A DNA stretch of 63,179 nt, the filler included. It is 11 parts of 11 records of this genome, joined end to end, with 100 filler letters (N's around TTAATTAATTAA, not from the genome) between each part and the next. Parts side by side here need not be neighbours in the genome. Positions count along the whole stretch, not along the records: positions 58,929 to 63,179 come from SRR7504441_823; 10 more parts are not named here. One strand, given 5' to 3'. Of the stretch, positions 58,929 to 63,179 are shown piece by piece. The notes under the pieces were generated by a model, which made no database searches, was not told where the DNA came from, and saw only the letters and a program-made list of their open reading frames with translations. Within the stretch, counting starts at the first letter, position 1; the number at the start of each line of letters is the position of its first letter. Made by a program: the position numbers and the translations under genes.

Positions 58929-61900
58929 CACTCGGCCGGCCATTCTCAGCCACAGATCCGCCGTTTGAAACACCTCGAATCACGTAAAAGTTTTGCTGCT
59001 CCCACATAGGGCCGCGGTCAAGATCCGAAGAGAAGCCCTGCGTCGTCTCGGTTAAGCTGTTTCATCCAGTGTTAATTAAGCAGCACCTGAGTGTCTGTGG
59101 ACACAGTCGGGAGAGGCACGGCTGTCCAGAACTCTTTTGTCTGAAGCATTCTGACCATGCCAGCCACTCGATCAGGCTTCATCCCGCGAGCCATCAGAGG
59201 ATAAAACCTGTCGACCGCTCTCAGGCCACGATTTTTCGGTTACCCGGCGACTGTCTTGATGCTCATCAGGGAGCCGTTGAAGAACCGATCGTAGTAGAAT
59301 TCAGTGGCGGAGTCCCACATCAAAGCGTCGAGCGCTTCGGTCGTATTAGTCGCTACTGCGGTCCAGAAAGCGACTCGCTCAGTGAGCTTCAACTGCACAG
59401 CCATCGAGGCAAGCGCCTGCCCCCGGCCGCTCTCAGGCCACAGATTCTGGGGCTCGGCAGTTCACAGCCACAATCGGGTGCAGTTGGTGTCACCTGGGCT
59501 TCGTAGATGATGTACGAAGTGAAGTCAACAGACCAGTGGTCACTGGCACAACACGACGAATACTCCGATGAACAGAACGTCTGCTCATGATCCATTCCGG
59601 CCTCACAGGCTTGACTCCAGTACAGCAAGAGCCCCTCCAGCCCCACGCCCTTGCGCCTGTTGGCCAGATGCCACTGGATGTACGCTTCCAGCTTTGGGAA
59701 CAGCTGCGCCAGCGTCTGAGTGTCGTTGGTCTGCCCAAACCAATCGAGTGCCACCAGCGCCATGTTCGGCGGCATCGCGTCGGTGAAGCTAAGGCACCCG
59801 CTTGGCGAGAACTCTGCACAAGCCTGTCCGGTGCTGTTGTCTTGAAACTGGAGGAAAGATCTGAAGTAGTCTAGAGACAGCGACGGCGAGACTCGATTCA
59901 TCGCCACGGTCTGCACCACACAGTTAGTACAGTCCCATGGTGAACAACTTCCCCATGTTTAAGGTGTCAAGCTGAATAACAGTAGCTTCCTTTAAAAGGG
60001 CATGATACCTGCATCATGCCATCCCATAGATACATGTTCTGATGCGGCGCCCTGCACGTTGTGCTCCAAGCCTGATTCACACGACCCTCCGCAGACAGGC
60101 TGTTCACTTTCATCACACTCAGCAGCTTCCTTTGGAACTCATCATCGCCGCGGTTGGCTAAAGCAGGCAAGCTCCCAATGAACCGATTCCTCGCTGCAAG
60201 CACCTGTCACCGCCAAAACATCAACACAGCACTCAATGTATAGCACCGCAGCTGGGTCCAATGAAGCTTCACACCCAGAATGGGCCTTCCCAGCCGCATT
60301 GTAGCACAGAGCGAAGCTGACCAGGCCTGTTGACCGTTACAACCAAAGCCAACAGTCAACGCAAGACCTGAGCCGAGATCTTTACTAGCAAACGTGAGTG
60401 TGTCGGTCGGAGTTGTCGAGACGTTGACGAGCCGGCCTCCGGTGCAGCCTCCGTTATCTCCAGTGGCTGTGAGGGCAACTCCTTGCTTCGTGGTCACAGT
60501 AAATGCTTTGGGCGCCTCGGCTTGTTGGTAGATTACGTACATGAAACCATCAACAGTCGCCTCCTCCAGCAGATCCAAAGTCAGTTTCCATGGGGCTCCG
60601 GCTGGCGTATCCGCATTCCAGAAGCTATCGCAATCAGGCTTCACCACGTTGCTAATTGGTCCGTTCGGATGCGACAGGCCTGAAGCGCGCCACGAGGTGG
60701 AGGTGCGCCACTGGCCGCCAATTCGGAGCGACACGTAGCAAATGGTCGGCCCATACCTGGCGCTTTCCTCATAAGGCAACTGGCCTAGGCTCACCCATCG
60801 AATGAGTTTTGAATCGTCCAGTTGAGCGTCTTGAGCTTGACCGCTTGACCAAAGTCAAACTGCTTGACCGCCCCGCAGTTTCGCTTCTGCTCCAGCAGCC
60901 CCGCCTGGCCTGCTCACAACAGTCAATTCAACCCGACGACGAATCAAGCTCCATGCCTGATCCTTCCACCCAGCCCACAATGGTGTGTGCATCGGCCCAG
61001 CTGACCGCCAAAACTCCGCCATCTCGGCTCTTCACCACCAGCGCGTCATTTGTCGCTACGACAACCTCATCTGTGCTGCTGGCAGCCGCTTCGGGGCCGA
61101 ACCCTAGGCTGAGGATCCGAGGCGTCGGGAGCCACAAATACACCGAGTACGAACCGTTGACAAACCAACCGACAAATCGAGACGGGGTATCCGATTGGCC
61201 GTCGATGCCAGAGAATCCAAAGAGAGCTCCGCTGGTGCTGCCAAGCCCCGAGCTGGCGTCCTGCCATGACCGTGATCGGCCGCTCTCAGGCCACAGACTG
61301 GGCAGTTACCTGGAAGGTGGATAGTCCCGCAGCCTCACCGCCGTATGTGCGAGGCAAATACTTGGGGTAGCTGCTCAGATCGCACACTGGCGGCGAGTTG
61401 CCGACACCGACTCCGTAAGGCGAAAAGGCCGTGCAATTGGCGTATTGTTTGTTTGCATAGGGTGTGACAACGACGTCGATGAACGAAATGCCCAGAGGCG
61501 ACTCAGGCAGGCCGAGGAAGAATCCAGGTTCTTGTACTGAGCCTCGGACTAGCTTCACTGTGACGTTGCGGACTGTGGGAGTCTGGATAGTCGGGGCTAG
61601 ACCTGAGGCCAACTGTGACATGGCAACGATGATTCGGACCTGAAGACGATTCCATTTGGACCCTAACCACTTGGTCGCAGTCGACGCAGGTCGTGTTGTA
61701 GACCAGAACCTACCAACAGCTGTCAGCCCTCTGCGCTCGGCGCTAAGGGCAATGCATCCATCATGCACTACTCACGTTTTCTATCGTGCCGCCTCGCCCT
61801 CTCTCAGACTTGACAGTGAGCACTCGGGGGCCCCAAGTCCACAGCGCAGGGTTGGTCCGTGCGCCGCCTCGCAGCACGTTGTGGCTCACTTCAACGTCTC

Positions 61901-62784
61901 GCACATCGCCAGACATCTCGGAACCAAACGCCACGCCACCTGGCCGGGCAGATTCGGTTAAATACCGTTAGAATCAGTTAATGTCACCCGAAAAGTTGAA
62001 GACATTGTTTGTGACAACGACCCGTTCAGTGGCTCGGCCATAGGCCCGGCCGCAAGCGTCCATCCCGGACTTGAGCGCCACACCGTCGTCGCCAACCTCA
62101 ATGTGGTTGCCAGCAATGTATACCTGCCCAGCTGCGGTGAGACACTCAACCGCTACCACCACAGTCACATCTTGACTAGAATCCACATCGACGCCGTCGG
62201 TCGTGATCGCGGTGATTCCGTTGACAATCCGGCAGCCGACCACCCGCACCTGCCCGGCCTGTCATGTCCGTTGATTTCCGTTGACCCGCCTGCTGACAGC
62301 TGTACAAGTGCACAGTCCAGTACGCGCTGCCGCCCATCTGCAGGTCCTCGAGACGGATCCGTTGTGAGTAACGGAACTGCACCAGCCGAGGCCCACCGCC
62401 GCCGTTGGCGAAGCCTCCGTCGATGGTCCCCCCACCCGTGATGGTGACGTCTGTGACGTTGAGCCCGCCAATGAAAGGCCGAGAGCAGGAGCCGCGACAG
62501 CCGCAGTAGCTGGGGAGGTCGGGCCAGGCGGGCAGGTCGCGCCGCCCCCCGCCCTGGAGGACAGCCCCGGGCTGGAGCTGGAGCGTGAGGTGGCTGGGCA
62601 GGTCTAGCCAGCGCACAGCGTACAGGCCGGCCGACAACGTCAGCAGCCCCGGCGCACCGGGCACGCCCGCGCACTTGTTTATCGCTGTCTGGACGGCAGC
62701 TGTGGCGTCAGGGCCCGCGATCGGGCCGAGGGTGCAGCCGTCCCGGCCGGCAGCACGAGCAGCTGACAGCACGAGCAGCTGCAT
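58929..62784 (-). CDS. Secreted multidomain glycoside hydrolase: GH28-like + F5/8-C(CBM32)-like + GH63/MGH1-like (3' truncated)
   Basis: ITGGGTIDG, TTDGVDVDSS, GDDGVALKSG, GSEMSG, KSERGRGG; SFWNA...LTLDL; YLWD, EAGMD, MWD....FYYD, RGPMW. Confidence 0.8.
59417..59493 (-). mobile_element. Candidate introner-like intron (family motif TCTGTGGCCTGAGAGCGGCCG)
   Basis: 21-nt identity (59424-59444) with intron 61261-61309 (61277-61297); related copies in three other introns. Confidence 0.45.
61261..61309 (-). mobile_element. Candidate introner-like intron, same family
   Basis: gtaactgcccagTCTGTGGCCTGAGAGCGGCCGatcacggtcatggcag. Confidence 0.45.
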
Positions 62785-62868
62785 CAGGGCGCCCAAAAGG
62801 CTCCATCCCTGTGCTCGCTTTCCGTTAAATCCCGTTGAGCTTTTTTTCTCCTCATCGCAAGCGAGCAA

Positions 62869-63179
62869 ATGGCTTGGTGTAGGGCGGGCCCAGGCGGGGG
62901 CTGGGGCCTGGCGGTGCTGGTGCTGGCGGCGCTGGCCGGGGGGGCGGAGGCGGTGGACCCTTCGGGACTGACCGCGGACGCCCGGAGCCTGGCGGCGGCT
63001 GACCAACTGTCCGAGGGCCTACCCGACGGCCAGGTGCGAGGGCCCGGAGCGCAGGGGGGGCTGACGAGGCGAGGGGCAGGCGGCGGCGGCGGCGGCGGCT
63101 GAGACGGAGAAGCTGGCGAGCAAGCTCAAGGTCCATGCAAAGCTCAGCAAGCTGTTATAGCATCGAAGGGTGGAGCCCA
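62869..63179 (+). CDS. Secreted or membrane protein, 5' fragment
   Basis: ATG, signal-peptide-like LAVLVLAALAGGAEA, followed by a ~45-nt GT-AG intron. Confidence 0.55.

Noticed and set aside
61782-61823. CTGAGAG motif as another introner copy
   Set aside because: It is coding (VKSERGRGG of the GH28 domain).
755-63179. Alternative genetic code or selenocysteine readthrough to explain fragmented ORFs
   Set aside because: Breaks are resolved by short introns; TAA, TAG and TGA all end genes normally.

Overview
This is not a contiguous locus. It is about 11 short contigs of a compact, GC-rich microbial eukaryote genome (lineage not identifiable from sequence alone), joined by artificial 100-nt N/TTAATTAATTAA linkers. 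About 31 protein genes can be reconstructed by hand once very short (mostly 35-49 nt) GT-AG and GC-AG introns are removed. They include cytochrome c1, a mitochondrial-type cyclophilin, JMJD5/KDM8-like, UBR5-like HECT ligase, DDM1/HELLS, a ZIP transporter, a METTL21-type methyltransferase, a CBS/SNF4-like protein, EF-hand, ankyrin, LRR and TSP1 proteins, and several carbohydrate-active enzymes. No rRNA, tRNA, CRISPR or autonomous mobile element was recognised. Most notable: (1) nine head-to-head gene pairs with only 39-162 nt between start codons, each spacer carrying a Myb-type YAACGG element; (2) a shared sequence motif in several tiny introns on two contigs (introner-like), plus junction duplications and frequent GC donors; (3) an intronless >3089-codon protein of about 40 beta-strand repeats resembling a triple beta-helix fibre; (4) unusual domain fusions (GH28-CBM32-GH63-like, alpha/beta hydrolase-cyclophilin, HisKA-like-REC-Hpt without ATPase, LRR plus about 10 TM helices). 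All splice models and family calls are manual motif readings, not database results.
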